A DNA stretch of 64,000 nucleotides from IMG/VR virus record IMGVR_UViG_3300026493_000141, positions 1 to 64,000 of that record. One strand, written 5' to 3'. Origin of the DNA: an uncultured virus (IMG/VR IMGVR_UViG_3300026493_000141) (taxonomy: Duplodnaviria > Heunggongvirae > Uroviricota > Caudoviricetes). This document shows, piece after piece, positions 18,456-28,554 of the stretch (its first letter is position 1; each line of letters opens with the position of its first letter). The translations under genes were made by a program, and so were the position numbers. Under the pieces are notes generated by a model, which saw only the letters and a list, made by a program, of their open reading frames with translations, made no database searches and had not been told where the DNA came from.

Positions 18456-18983
18456 TTACGATTTTATATATGGGTCTGGTATCTGGTACGTCCTAGGTAA
18501 AATCATGTATACTGTCGGATAACCTTTCGATACAGTTTCTCCACAACGTTCAATTCCCAAATCCATAAAGAGTTCTTCCGCTAAGAATACAGCGTTTAAA
18601 TCCATAATATCACTTACTCGTAATTCTTCAGGTGCTACACAATCTAAGTAAGTTGTAAACTTTACTAACATAAACGCACCATTTTTATTTATATCAAATA
18701 CTACTGGTACTCCATCATAAGAGTAACCTAATAGTCCACAATTTCCATATAAAATATATTCCACTTCATATAGCGGATTCAACTTGAACCGTTCCCAAGT
18801 ATCAATCATTCCTGTTGCATGAGCAAGAGATTTAAGTAATTTGTCTCCTTGCTTATGACGTTCTTTTGCATTAAGGTCTTTTGATATTAAATCCCTTAAA
18901 GCTTCTCTTTTATAATAAATAGTAAGTTTGTCGGGTGACGGCATTGTCACTCCTGAAGCTCCAAATGCTCTCATAATTTCCAT
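18456..18983 (-). CDS. hypothetical protein (related to 28555 and 32428)
   Basis: FDINKNGAFML...GYPTVYMILP versus FTVNNDGNFML and GYPTLYVVVP. Confidence 0.65.
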   Translation of the reverse strand: MEIMRAFGASGVTMPSPDKLTIYYKREALRDLISKDLNAKERHKQGDKLLKSLAHATGMIDTWERFKLNPLYEVEYILYGNCGLLGYSYDGVPVVFDINKNGAFMLVKFTTYLDCVAPEELRVSDIMDLNAVFLAEELFMDLGIERCGETVSKGYPTVYMILPRTYQIPDPYIKS

Positions 18984-19027
18984 TCCTCCTACAAAAAAAT
19001 AAGTACATCCCGAGTGGGATGTACCTT

Positions 19028-21700
19028 CTAATACTCATATACTATGTTCTTCTCTTTGTAATTGTCCAGTTGATGCTTATACAATAGTACAAGCCCGGCA
19101 TCTTTAGTAGAGAATGCATCATTATGTGAGATGATATGACATTGACCTGTATCCATCTTCTCTAATAACTCTAAGAATAATCGACGATGATACTTATCTA
19201 ATGTCGCATCTAACTCATCTACTAGCATGATATCATAACTACTAGACGCTTGTGTCGATAATGCATAACATAAGGCAAGACCGATAATCGCTTTCTCACC
19301 TGAAGAACACGTGCTAATATCTCCGTTCTTCTCTCCCTTACCTGAGCAAGGAATACGGAACTCTTTCTCATTAATCTCAAACTTATCTAACTTCAGTTTT
19401 CCATCAAATGCTTTCTCTAGTATCTTATTTGCAATAACCCGAGTCTTACGTAAATACATATCTACGAATACAATCGGGATACCTTTATTACCAGATAAAG
19501 CTGTACGTAGTAATTCAATCTCCACATAGTCTTTCTCTAAAGCATCTTTCTCTTTCTTAAATCGTTTTGCCATCTTCTCTTTGATTTTAAGTTTATCCCG
19601 ACGTTTATTTAATTCAGAGATAGAGAAGTCTATTGGAGCTATCGCTTCTCGATTGGTTTGAATCCCAATACGACAAGCATGAATCTTATTAATTGAATCC
19701 GTATACTTTACAATACTTGATTCAATCTTTCTTTTCTCTTGTATCATTTCTTCCTTCTCTTCTAAGGTACTCATCATTGTTTCAATACCTTGTGTGAGAA
19801 GTTGATTCTGATGTAAACGTCTTTCTGAAGTATTTGTCGTATCTTTCAATACTTTAATCTCATCTTGTAGACGTTGCGATTGTTTCTCTAATAAATTGAT
19901 ATTCATCTTCAGAGATTGTACCATTCTATCATTAGATTCTAGTAGCTCTAACTCTTTCTCTAACATAGGTACTTTCTCTTCATATGTTTTCATTTCTTTT
20001 AATGTGTCTGCATCCTCAATCTCTTGTATCATCATCTCTTTATTATATAAAGGCTTACCAGTCTTTACGCATTTGATAAGATGATCTTTATCTAATAGAT
20101 GGGGATTACGCGTTTGATTAATCATATGGGCTTGACGTCCTAATTGTACATGAAGTTGTTTAATAGTTCGCTCCATCTCAATACATTCTCCAACCCATGT
20201 AAGTTCTTGCTCTAGTCGTTCTATTTCATGATTTAGTTCGTCTTGACGACGCTCATTGGCATGATAAGCTTCAATTAAATGCATAGAAGACAACGCCTCT
20301 TGTATAAACGGACAGGTGTCAATCTTACATTCTTTTGGACGAAGCTGTAATGTATTTGCTAGTGTAACGGCACCTTTATTCTCTGCCAGCTTACGTTCTA
20401 TATCAGCTAAATCCTTCTCAGCTCTTTCTAATGCTGAGCTAGAATATAAATACATTTGTTGTAATTCACTCATTGGTTTTGTACCAACTAGATTGATGAC
20501 ATTCTCACCACGTTGACGCATCGCATCAATACTATCTTGAATCGAGTCAACTGTTCCATAGATAGACTTAATCTCTTGTGATGATAATGTCGGTTCATCA
20601 ATCATGATTCGAATACGATGTTGTAAGTTATCGTATGCTTTCTTATATTGTCTATATACACTACGAGTCTCTTCTAAGTTATAATCGTTCATAGAGAATA
20701 ACTGAGATTGATAATCTGTAATCTGGTTCTGAATTGTATGGAACTCTTCCAGCTTACTATTTAAGATACTCGTTTCTCTTTCAATTGATTCTTGATCTAA
20801 CGCAATAGACTTATTCAATGAAGTTAGTTTCTTCTGTGCATCCTGTAAGGATTCTGCACGATATACACTTTGACCCTCAATGATTTCTAAGTCCTTAATT
20901 GAACTATCGATTAGACGTAACTCCGTTACGAGCTTATTATACTCACTTTCTAGTATCCCATTCGGGTCTAATGCTGCTATAGCTCCTACAGCGTTATTCA
21001 TTTGAGCATGGAACTTATCTCGTTCTATTTGTAACTGCTCTAACTTACGTTCAGCTATCTCAATATCTTCTTGTAGGATAGATATATCATCTAGCTTATT
21101 TAACTTATCCGTTAAGTTCTTGATAACCCCTTTATACTCTCGGGCTTTTGTATTAATGTTTTTAAACATCTTCAAATAGATATCAGCTTCTGAAATAAAT
21201 TGACTAATATATTTCTTACGTTCAGTTGCTGACATTCCAATGATATTCTTTAAGTTAACACCCATCTGAATTAGGTTCAAGTAATCACTATTAATTCCTA
21301 ATTCCATGAAGACACATTCTTCAAAAGATGTTACATTACCATTCTCATTTAATTCAACTGGGTCTGCAAATCCAATCTGTTTTGCAATGAAACTCTTCGT
21401 TGAATGTTTATCCCCTTTTGCATCAAAGTAATGCTTAATCAGGTACGTAGTATTTTCGTCCTTACTGATATGGATTTCTTTATATCCATTCTTCCCTGGA
21501 CGTATAAATCGCATGTGAGACCCACCAGCTTTTGCGAATGGTTGAATCTCATTCTGAATGGTAGATTTTCCACTACCATTGGCTCCAGCATAAATATAAA
21601 ACTTATGCTCACTCTTGGTGAAATCTATCTCAATAGACTTCAGTCCCATTCCATTATAAATACCTATATAGTTCTTTAGTTTTAAATAAAGGACTTTCAT
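19028..21700 (-). CDS. sbcC: SbcC/Rad50-like SMC ATPase
   Basis: Walker A GANGSGKST, long coiled coils with central CKIDTCP hook, signature CSSGE, Walker B MLVDELD, H-loop ISHN. Confidence 0.92.
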   Translation of the reverse strand: MKVLYLKLKNYIGIYNGMGLKSIEIDFTKSEHKFYIYAGANGSGKSTIQNEIQPFAKAGGSHMRFIRPGKNGYKEIHISKDENTTYLIKHYFDAKGDKHSTKSFIAKQIGFADPVELNENGNVTSFEECVFMELGINSDYLNLIQMGVNLKNIIGMSATERKKYISQFISEADIYLKMFKNINTKAREYKGVIKNLTDKLNKLDDISILQEDIEIAERKLEQLQIERDKFHAQMNNAVGAIAALDPNGILESEYNKLVTELRLIDSSIKDLEIIEGQSVYRAESLQDAQKKLTSLNKSIALDQESIERETSILNSKLEEFHTIQNQITDYQSQLFSMNDYNLEETRSVYRQYKKAYDNLQHRIRIMIDEPTLSSQEIKSIYGTVDSIQDSIDAMRQRGENVINLVGTKPMSELQQMYLYSSSALERAEKDLADIERKLAENKGAVTLANTLQLRPKECKIDTCPFIQEALSSMHLIEAYHANERRQDELNHEIERLEQELTWVGECIEMERTIKQLHVQLGRQAHMINQTRNPHLLDKDHLIKCVKTGKPLYNKEMMIQEIEDADTLKEMKTYEEKVPMLEKELELLESNDRMVQSLKMNINLLEKQSQRLQDEIKVLKDTTNTSERRLHQNQLLTQGIETMMSTLEEKEEMIQEKRKIESSIVKYTDSINKIHACRIGIQTNREAIAPIDFSISELNKRRDKLKIKEKMAKRFKKEKDALEKDYVEIELLRTALSGNKGIPIVFVDMYLRKTRVIANKILEKAFDGKLKLDKFEINEKEFRIPCSGKGEKNGDISTCSSGEKAIIGLALCYALSTQASSSYDIMLVDELDATLDKYHRRLFLELLEKMDTGQCHIISHNDAFSTKDAGLVLLYKHQLDNYKEKNIVYEY

Positions 21701-21722
21701 ATAATCTCTCCCTGTATCTTAT

Positions 21723-21734
21723 TAATACATTGTC
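21723..21734 (-). promoter_or_regulatory. variant late-type promoter GACA-N6-TA
   Basis: GACA ATGTAT TA upstream of the sbcC SD. Confidence 0.45.
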
Positions 21735-21777
21735 GTAAGTTTAATCAAAAAATAAAAGAGTAGGAATATCCTACTCT

Positions 21778-22530
21778 TTATACTGACGCCTTATAGCGTT
21801 TTGTTGCACGATTCACATAATCTATCGCCAATCGAATAGATGCTTCTGCTGGTTGCCAATCGATTGGGAACTTACGGTAACGTTGTTTCTCTTTCTTTCC
21901 AGTACAATCGGTAACGACTGCGGTAATACATTGTGTATGCTCATCAAACTGGATACATTTATAATATGTATTGAAATGTTCTTCACCTTTATAAGCACCG
22001 ATAGTCATTAACAATTCTCTGAACGCATCTCGACTTTTCTTCTCTACAACATTCTTTCTACGTAAGTCTAATACATTCCCATTGACAAATCCGTATGTAT
22101 CTTCTGGGAAATCTTGATCAGCGCTACGAGAAGCATGAGCATCCCAATTATCATCTGTTAACACTTTTACAATCGGAGTTTTTCTGGCTACATTATTTGT
22201 AGACTTTGTAATAACTGCATCGATTGCTTTTCCTGTAGAAGTTGTATTAACACGTACAAAGAAATTCTTCAAGATAGGTTGCATATCTTTATCAATCAGT
22301 ACGTCATAATAATGGTCAACCATTGCTACATATACTCGAATGATATAATGATCATCTTTCTCAATATATAAGTTATTGTAAAGAAATTTGTCTTTGATAC
22401 TCTTATCGATAATCTCTTCAAATAAGTTTCCAAAGAATTTACGTGCGTAAGTTTTCGTCACCTCTCCCTGAATTAGCTTTACACTGTTAGTTCCTGTTTT
22501 AGGTAGTTTCTTAGTAATTTGCATAGTCAT
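21778..22530 (-). CDS. degenerate HNH-AP2-like protein
   Basis: VLIDKD...GFVNGNVLDLRRKNV...YKCIQFD...ITAVV follows the phage HNH-AP2 layout but lacks the catalytic DH. Confidence 0.55.
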   Translation of the reverse strand: MTMQITKKLPKTGTNSVKLIQGEVTKTYARKFFGNLFEEIIDKSIKDKFLYNNLYIEKDDHYIIRVYVAMVDHYYDVLIDKDMQPILKNFFVRVNTTSTGKAIDAVITKSTNNVARKTPIVKVLTDDNWDAHASRSADQDFPEDTYGFVNGNVLDLRRKNVVEKKSRDAFRELLMTIGAYKGEEHFNTYYKCIQFDEHTQCITAVVTDCTGKKEKQRYRKFPIDWQPAEASIRLAIDYVNRATKRYKASV

Positions 22531-22583
22531 TGTTATTTCCCCTTTTTCTATATGTAATTTACGTTAATAAAACAGCTAGAGGA

Positions 22584-24344
22584 TTAATCCTCTAGCCGTG
22601 TTGCTTTCACTTTTCTTGCTTTTGGTTTTGTCTTGACCCTAGCTGGGTCAACTCGAACTACTTTTGCAATTCGTAGTTTATCATCCACATCTAATATATT
22701 ATATCCTTTGTTATACTCATCGTTACGGATGAAGTAATGGACATCTTCTAGACGTTCTACCATCTTACGAGATTTCTTCTCTTGTTGATAGAAGTAGTCA
22801 AGACCTTTAATTTCATATTGTTTTCCTTCAAAGTGGTTCGCATATAATTTCTTATAGTTTGCTAACCAATTATCCGGTTCAGGCGTATCATCAAAGTACA
22901 TTCCGAAGTTCTCCATGAACGGTGTAAATACGCCACCCATACCTGGATCAGATGAACCTGATGTATTAATGTCGAGTCGTCCAACGTGTGATGGATGTAC
23001 TCCGCGATACTTTATGTTTACAGCATTGCTACTATGCTCACCAAGTGAACCAGGACCCTTCGTTGAATACTTCAACGCTGTAAAGAAGTCCATGTCATTC
23101 ACAGTGTTATCATAGCGCAGTAAGCTGGATTTACTTTTGTGTAACTGTTTGATTAACTCATCTGGTGGGAATGTTAAGAGTCCCACTAAGTCAGCCATTG
23201 TTACTGCATTACGTTTACGGCTTAATAACATATTTACTTTCGTAGATAGTTTACGAATAAAGTAGAATGCAATGTACTCAGCCATACGAATACGTTTGTT
23301 TGCTAAGTCCATATTATCCTTAGCTTTCAACTCAGAGAAGTTACATAGTAACCATCTAATTAATGCATAGATGTTTTCTTTGTTGAATGGTTGTAGCTTC
23401 AGACTCTTACGAGTCGTGTTATCCAATAGACGATAGAACGAAAGTAATACATTCTTTCCTTTCTCTAACTGTCCATTGGTATTCTTTGCGAACTCAGCAC
23501 CTAATGAAGTGACCCAATAATCAACATCTTCTAATTGATGGAATTCTGTCTTCTTACATAACTCGTGTAACGCATATACCATTGACTGAACGAAGTGATC
23601 GTTGTCAAATAAGTATTTTACTACTTTTACGTATACATGGTTACACTTGAAATAATGATGTTCTTCATCATCCCAGTTTGGTTCAGCAACTACATCGATA
23701 GCATCCTCTACATTCATGAAGCGTAATGTATTCTCTAATCCCATTGTTGCTAAATAGTATAGGACAGCATTACATTTCTTCTTGAAGATACATAATGTAT
23801 AATGTGGAACCTGGAATGAATCTCCTGCTATAGAGTTCAGTTTTCCTGTGTTCCGTTTAATAATAATTGGCATGTACATTGTTTTCAATGTCACGTAATC
23901 CTTATTATTATAGGTACTACTATCTACAATCTGATAGATTGGATAGAACTTATTCCCACTCATCATCAGATAGTATTTCTTATATTGCTTCAATAACAGA
24001 AGTTCTACTTGCTTATACTGAACTTCATTGTTTAGCGTTAACTTAAAGTTTACACGAAGCATATTGTAACGAGTCACATCAATATTGATGTGCTTTTTGA
24101 TATTCTTTCCTTTGCTTTTCTTAGACTTTAAATACTTCTCATTAACAACATCTGTATCGAACTGAGACTCATGCTCAATGTAGTCATAGTCTAGCATTTT
24201 GATGTTATTAATTACTTCTAGTGATTTAAATGCATCTAAGATATAATCAACCAGAGGTTCATTTCTCATCCCGTAGATTAACTCTTCATTGATTCTCTTT
24301 CTGTTGGGATTCTCATACTGTGATATAAATTTTGAAAAACTCAT
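22584..24344 (-). CDS. phage multisubunit RNA polymerase beta subunit, N-terminal part (probably non-virion RNAP)
   Basis: MSGNKFYPIYQ, DNMDLANKRIR, KGPGSLG, YRGVHPSHVGRLD...SSDPG match RpoB conserved regions; ATG 24344 has SD GAGGGGG. Confidence 0.88.
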   Translation of the reverse strand: MSFSKFISQYENPNRKRINEELIYGMRNEPLVDYILDAFKSLEVINNIKMLDYDYIEHESQFDTDVVNEKYLKSKKSKGKNIKKHINIDVTRYNMLRVNFKLTLNNEVQYKQVELLLLKQYKKYYLMMSGNKFYPIYQIVDSSTYNNKDYVTLKTMYMPIIIKRNTGKLNSIAGDSFQVPHYTLCIFKKKCNAVLYYLATMGLENTLRFMNVEDAIDVVAEPNWDDEEHHYFKCNHVYVKVVKYLFDNDHFVQSMVYALHELCKKTEFHQLEDVDYWVTSLGAEFAKNTNGQLEKGKNVLLSFYRLLDNTTRKSLKLQPFNKENIYALIRWLLCNFSELKAKDNMDLANKRIRMAEYIAFYFIRKLSTKVNMLLSRKRNAVTMADLVGLLTFPPDELIKQLHKSKSSLLRYDNTVNDMDFFTALKYSTKGPGSLGEHSSNAVNIKYRGVHPSHVGRLDINTSGSSDPGMGGVFTPFMENFGMYFDDTPEPDNWLANYKKLYANHFEGKQYEIKGLDYFYQQEKKSRKMVERLEDVHYFIRNDEYNKGYNILDVDDKLRIAKVVRVDPARVKTKPKARKVKATRLED

Positions 24345-24372
24345 GTTACTCCCCCTCGTGGCTTTCTGTAGT

Positions 24373-24415
24373 GACAATAAAAAAATAAGTAGCGGTAACC
24401 TCTCGGTCACCGCTA
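24373..24415 (-). terminator. intrinsic terminator after the HU-like pair
   Basis: TAGCGGT-ACC/GGT-ACCGCTA stem plus U-tract. Confidence 0.7.
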
Positions 24416-24431
24416 TATTGTAAGCTCACGC

Positions 24432-24761
24432 TTATTCTTCGTCAGATTCTTCTAACTCTTCTAGTTGAGCATCTGATTTAATACGTTTCTTGATCTCAGC
24501 ATGAGCTGTGATTCCGATAACGATTTCATCTTCCTGTTTAACACCTTTGAACTCGATGTAGTCAGCAAGTTTAACTACTACTGATGCTCCATTTTCAGCA
24601 TCTTTTAATTCTTCGCCGATTACAGTACCAACGTATTGGTAGTAACCTTTCACAGTATCTTCAACGAATGATGCGTCTTCGAAACGTACACGCATGTTGT
24701 CCTCGATGAATTGTGTTTGTCCTTCAAAGAATTTCTTGTCCATTTTAATTGTTTTAGCCAT
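24432..24761 (-). CDS. acidic HU/IHF-fold-like protein (paralog 1)
   Basis: Clear paralog of 24826; helix-helix then VKLADYIEF and GITAHAEIKK pattern. Confidence 0.55.
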   Translation of the reverse strand: MAKTIKMDKKFFEGQTQFIEDNMRVRFEDASFVEDTVKGYYQYVGTVIGEELKDAENGASVVVKLADYIEFKGVKQEDEIVIGITAHAEIKKRIKSDAQLEELEESDEE

Positions 24762-24825
24762 TGTAATTTCCTCCAGTATATTGGTTAGTTTATTTTAATA
24801 GTAATACGTTTACTACAATTTATAA

Positions 24826-25134
24826 TTAAGCTTCGTTTGCTAATTCAACTAATTCTTCACCAGCAGTAATACCAATACCGAAGTTACCTTCAGACTCATC
24901 TGCACCTGCACGATAAGAAGCTTGGTATGTAACTAATCCATCTAATTCTAAAGCTACTGGTTCTTCTTCATTTTTATTTGCTCCAAGTACTTCACCAGCA
25001 TATTGGTGGTTACCTTTAACAACCATTTCTAATAAATCTAAATCTTCAGGATCATAGTCAACTCCATTGTTTTCTACTAGGAAAGCTGAAAGTCCTTTGA
25101 AGAATTCTTCGTTCATTTCGATTGTTTTAGTCAT
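24826..25134 (-). CDS. acidic HU/IHF-fold-like protein (paralog 2)
   Basis: ATG 25134 with SD GGAGG; LELDGLVTYQASYR and ITAGEELVE resemble HU VQLVGFGTFEVRER and FKAGKALKD. Confidence 0.55.
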   Translation of the reverse strand: MTKTIEMNEEFFKGLSAFLVENNGVDYDPEDLDLLEMVVKGNHQYAGEVLGANKNEEEPVALELDGLVTYQASYRAGADESEGNFGIGITAGEELVELANEA

Positions 25135-25172
25135 TTTAATTTCCTCCAATTAAGTTAAGTATATTTTTCCTA

Positions 25173-25252
25173 CAATAATTTGTTATGGTTATTGTAGTTT
25201 GTTAATATTTGGTTATTGGGATGAGCAGTCTCATCTCTCCCAATACCTTGTT
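25173..25252 (-). promoter_or_regulatory. two tandem late-type promoters
   Basis: AACA AATTAT TG (25173-25184) and AACA AGGTAT TG (25241-25252). Confidence 0.6.
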
Positions 25253-25316
25253 AAGCCGATATTAATTTTTAATAACATCGATTATAGAAGTGATTCCTCC
25301 TTATATTTTATTTGGT

Positions 25317-25336
25317 CTCACCTCTATAATGTATAG
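25317..25336 (-). promoter_or_regulatory. early-type promoter
   Basis: CTATACATTAT AGAGG TGAG. Confidence 0.75.
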
Positions 25337-25355
25337 TTATAATTTCTTTTAATTT

Positions 25356-26150
25356 TTATTTTACTAGCTTCCGAGCATCTCCTTGTCGTACTACTCTACC
25401 ACTACCTGCTGAGAATGATTTAGGTTCTGGTATAATTGTATGCGACGTTATATTCATTTCACCTACAACGTCATAAGACAATAGTCGGAATAGTTCTTCA
25501 ATGTCACATTCACTTGTAGTAGTAAATTCAAATACGAAATTATCTTTACTACTAAAATTCATTGTATCAAAGTTATGGACAACATCCCATATCTTCGTCT
25601 TTTCTAAATCTGCTAATAGAGTGTACATAGCTTCAATATCTAATTCCATCTTACTTTGTATTGTATACTCTAGATTAGATGTCCATGTATTCTTACGGGC
25701 TTTATAAGCACCCATTGCTAAGCTTACACATGTACGTCTACCGTCCACTTCTATATCTGTCACATGTTTATTGTAGCGGTCTTGGTAGATATAAATTTCA
25801 TTTGTCGCTGACCCGCGGTTTGCATCTATATCTTCCAATGTAAAATGTAGTGAATTGATATAATCGACATACTCCCTTTTCCCCATATTATGTACAGCTG
25901 AGATTAAATGTGGTAATCCTAAATTCTGTTTTAATCTCCATAAGTTCTCACTTGCTCTTTCAGGAAAAGCTGAACGTAGTCCAAACTTATATGCTTGGAC
26001 TAACTGTTCTAAGATTTGCCCATTAATTGCAACAATCTCTTTTTGGATATCAGGTTGGAAACCTGTTCTAATTACTGTAAAGAATTGTTCAGCCTTTACT
26101 TTATCAGGTTTAACCATTGTCATTGTTACTCGTTTAAGTGGATTTGTCAT
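25356..26150 (-). CDS. hypothetical protein
   Basis: ATG 26150 with SD AGGGAG. Confidence 0.7.
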   Translation of the reverse strand: MTNPLKRVTMTMVKPDKVKAEQFFTVIRTGFQPDIQKEIVAINGQILEQLVQAYKFGLRSAFPERASENLWRLKQNLGLPHLISAVHNMGKREYVDYINSLHFTLEDIDANRGSATNEIYIYQDRYNKHVTDIEVDGRRTCVSLAMGAYKARKNTWTSNLEYTIQSKMELDIEAMYTLLADLEKTKIWDVVHNFDTMNFSSKDNFVFEFTTTSECDIEELFRLLSYDVVGEMNITSHTIIPEPKSFSAGSGRVVRQGDARKLVK

Positions 26151-26175
26151 TTTTCTTTCTCTCCCTTTGATTGGA

Positions 26176-26955
26176 TTATTTCTTTTTAGATTTTTCTTTT
26201 CCATCTTTAAATTTCTTATCAGTTATTGTTTTATTAGCAAATCGGGTTTGATCGTTATACTTAATCTTCATTGTAAACTCTAACTTAGGAAACTGTTTAG
26301 AGATTTTTTTAATTGCATCATGACTCATTTCAGCACGTACGTCGAATGAATATTCATGACGACTTTTCTTTTCACGTTTAAGTTCAATTGGAATATTATA
26401 TAATTGTAATGTACCTAATCCAAACACCTTTGTGCTCCATTCATCATATGTCAAGTGACTTGGTATAGCAGGAGATTCCTTTCTATACTTTGTAAACTCA
26501 CTTGGTTCAATTAAATTGAAGAAGCAATAGTCAGGCGTATGGGAACGTAGAAACTTCACATATAATTCATCAGCTTCTGCTTTTTCTTCAGGTGTTGCAT
26601 TCATACGTTTCAATGCAATATCAAACACTCCATCCGCAACCTGATCAATATCCATTCGTTGAAGTGTAACCCATGATAAATTTAAGTGATTATAGTTTGC
26701 ATACATAAATTTAAAAAGGTCTTCGATATGATGACCTTTATATTGCTTCTCAGAAAATGCTTTTCCACCTAACTTCATTAAAAAGTATTGGTAGAAGAAG
26801 TCAACTTTCTTTAAGTTATTATAACCGAAACTTTGTTTTACTCTGTCTGCTGAATCACCAAATACTTTATTGAATTTCTCTAATTGAGATGGGTTACCTT
26901 CTACGATTAATGTATGCTCATATTGTTTGATTGATTTTACGAATTTAGATGTCAT
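26176..26955 (-). CDS. YubB/DUF1281-like ferredoxin-fold protein (family B)
   Basis: LIVEGNPSQLEKF...YDEWSTKVFG...YSFD...IKKISKQFPKLEF pattern. Confidence 0.5.
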   Translation of the reverse strand: MTSKFVKSIKQYEHTLIVEGNPSQLEKFNKVFGDSADRVKQSFGYNNLKKVDFFYQYFLMKLGGKAFSEKQYKGHHIEDLFKFMYANYNHLNLSWVTLQRMDIDQVADGVFDIALKRMNATPEEKAEADELYVKFLRSHTPDYCFFNLIEPSEFTKYRKESPAIPSHLTYDEWSTKVFGLGTLQLYNIPIELKREKKSRHEYSFDVRAEMSHDAIKKISKQFPKLEFTMKIKYNDQTRFANKTITDKKFKDGKEKSKKK

Positions 26956-26993
26956 TTTAATTTCTCCCTTAGTCTAATTATTTTAGTTTTATA

Positions 26994-27938
26994 TTACTCG
27001 GATTCTAATTGTAAGTTTAAATGTGATACAATATCTCTCATGCCTTCAGCTTTGCCTTCAACATGCATTTTTAAATAATCTCCACATAATTGCTCTGCGT
27101 AATGAGATGTATAGTCACTACCTTCTAGATGCATTCCAAAGTGGATATTATATTCTTTTACGTATTTAGGTAAATCTACTTTCTCTCTAAATCTTTCAGC
27201 TAACATATAAGCTGTACAATCTCTTACAGCGCGTAAAACCGGTAGCCATCTTCTCTCAATAAGAGGTCTAGATGTACCATAATGCTCTGCAAGTTCTTCA
27301 TCACTATTGTATTTATTTTCAAATATTGTTAACTGAACCATTTCCAAACCAATACCTCTTAACCCACAGAAGTTTAATTTATACATAGGAATTCTAAGTT
27401 CATTTAACGCTATCTCTAAATACATTTGTATCTTATCTATTCTTGAATCATCAAATGTTCTCTTACGTTTAATGATTGAATCAGAAGGTTTAACTAATGA
27501 TTCTACAAGACTTTCAGCATAGAATTTCAATTGAGCACATTTGTCAATCTCATACTCTTGTACATATTCTTTTACTTCTTCTGTCCGCACATCTATGAAC
27601 GTACGCATATCACTTTCAATACCAGCACGTTGCATAAATTGTGTGCTGATTTTAGATGTAAATACTTGACGTAATCTGTTTGCTAAACGACGCTGTTTCT
27701 GCATACAGTTTGACATTGCATCTCCTGAGAACTTTGAGTACTCAATAGTTGTATTGAAATAATTGTGTACTAATAAGTCGTCAAATAACTCTACCTCAGT
27801 ATGTGTGAAGTTAGCTTCTAAATCTTCTCTTGTATATCCTATACCTCTTAGTAGTTCCGCATACATTTGAATATCATCTGCAACATGCGTAAGACAGTCT
27901 CTATCAGTATAGTTTCTATTAATTGTTAATTGTGTCAT
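26994..27938 (-). CDS. hypothetical protein with possible sigma-region-4-like HTH
   Basis: SDEELAEHYGTSRPLIERR HTH-like segment; ATG 27938. Confidence 0.5.
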   Translation of the reverse strand: MTQLTINRNYTDRDCLTHVADDIQMYAELLRGIGYTREDLEANFTHTEVELFDDLLVHNYFNTTIEYSKFSGDAMSNCMQKQRRLANRLRQVFTSKISTQFMQRAGIESDMRTFIDVRTEEVKEYVQEYEIDKCAQLKFYAESLVESLVKPSDSIIKRKRTFDDSRIDKIQMYLEIALNELRIPMYKLNFCGLRGIGLEMVQLTIFENKYNSDEELAEHYGTSRPLIERRWLPVLRAVRDCTAYMLAERFREKVDLPKYVKEYNIHFGMHLEGSDYTSHYAEQLCGDYLKMHVEGKAEGMRDIVSHLNLQLESE

Positions 27939-27973
27939 GGTTATATTCCCCCGCATAGTCTAATTTATTTTAA

Positions 27974-28252
27974 TTACATAGAATCCATTACTATTAAATA
28001 GGCTTGTAAAGCTACTGTAATTCGTTCTATTGTATCTTTATCTTTACTTGGATATTTCTTTACAATATATTTTGCAACTCGTTTCGGATTTCTCCTTGGT
28101 GACCATCTACGCCACCAAGGTCCTGATTGATAGTATTTCATAAACGCTGATAGTACTAGTTGTACATCACGTCTTTCAAACTTCATACCATCATTTGCTC
28201 TTTCTACAAATTCATGAATGATTCTTAATTCTTGAATATATTCACTTAACAC
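27974..28252 (-). CDS. hypothetical protein
   Basis: 92 aa, SD GGAGG, overlaps the upstream stop. Confidence 0.65.
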   Translation of the reverse strand: MLSEYIQELRIIHEFVERANDGMKFERRDVQLVLSAFMKYYQSGPWWRRWSPRRNPKRVAKYIVKKYPSKDKDTIERITVALQAYLIVMDSM

Positions 28253-28545
28253 TGTTCTTCCTCCTTCACTCTAGCATAATGAATCATGCTAGAGCCGATA
28301 TGGAATATTAATGCTTTACGTATTGGTGGTAACTTGTCCCCGTAATTATCGAGGACAAAGTTTGTGAAACGCATTTTCTTTCTGATTAGTATCTTACTTT
28401 GCTCTACCACCGTAAATCGATGTGTTGCAAGTAATAATGTTTCTAATACGTTTGTTTCCATAAAGGGTGCTCCGCACTCTTTATGTAAGTAATCTCTAAT
28501 CTGCGTAATCTCAGGCAAGTATTCTACTAATCGTTTATTCACCAT
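28246..28545 (-). CDS. hypothetical protein (weakly similar to 27974)
   Basis: LVEYLPEITQI versus LSEYIQELRII. Confidence 0.65.
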   Translation of the reverse strand: MVNKRLVEYLPEITQIRDYLHKECGAPFMETNVLETLLLATHRFTVVEQSKILIRKKMRFTNFVLDNYGDKLPPIRKALIFHIGSSMIHYARVKEEEQC

Positions 28546-28554
28546 TCTTCTTCC

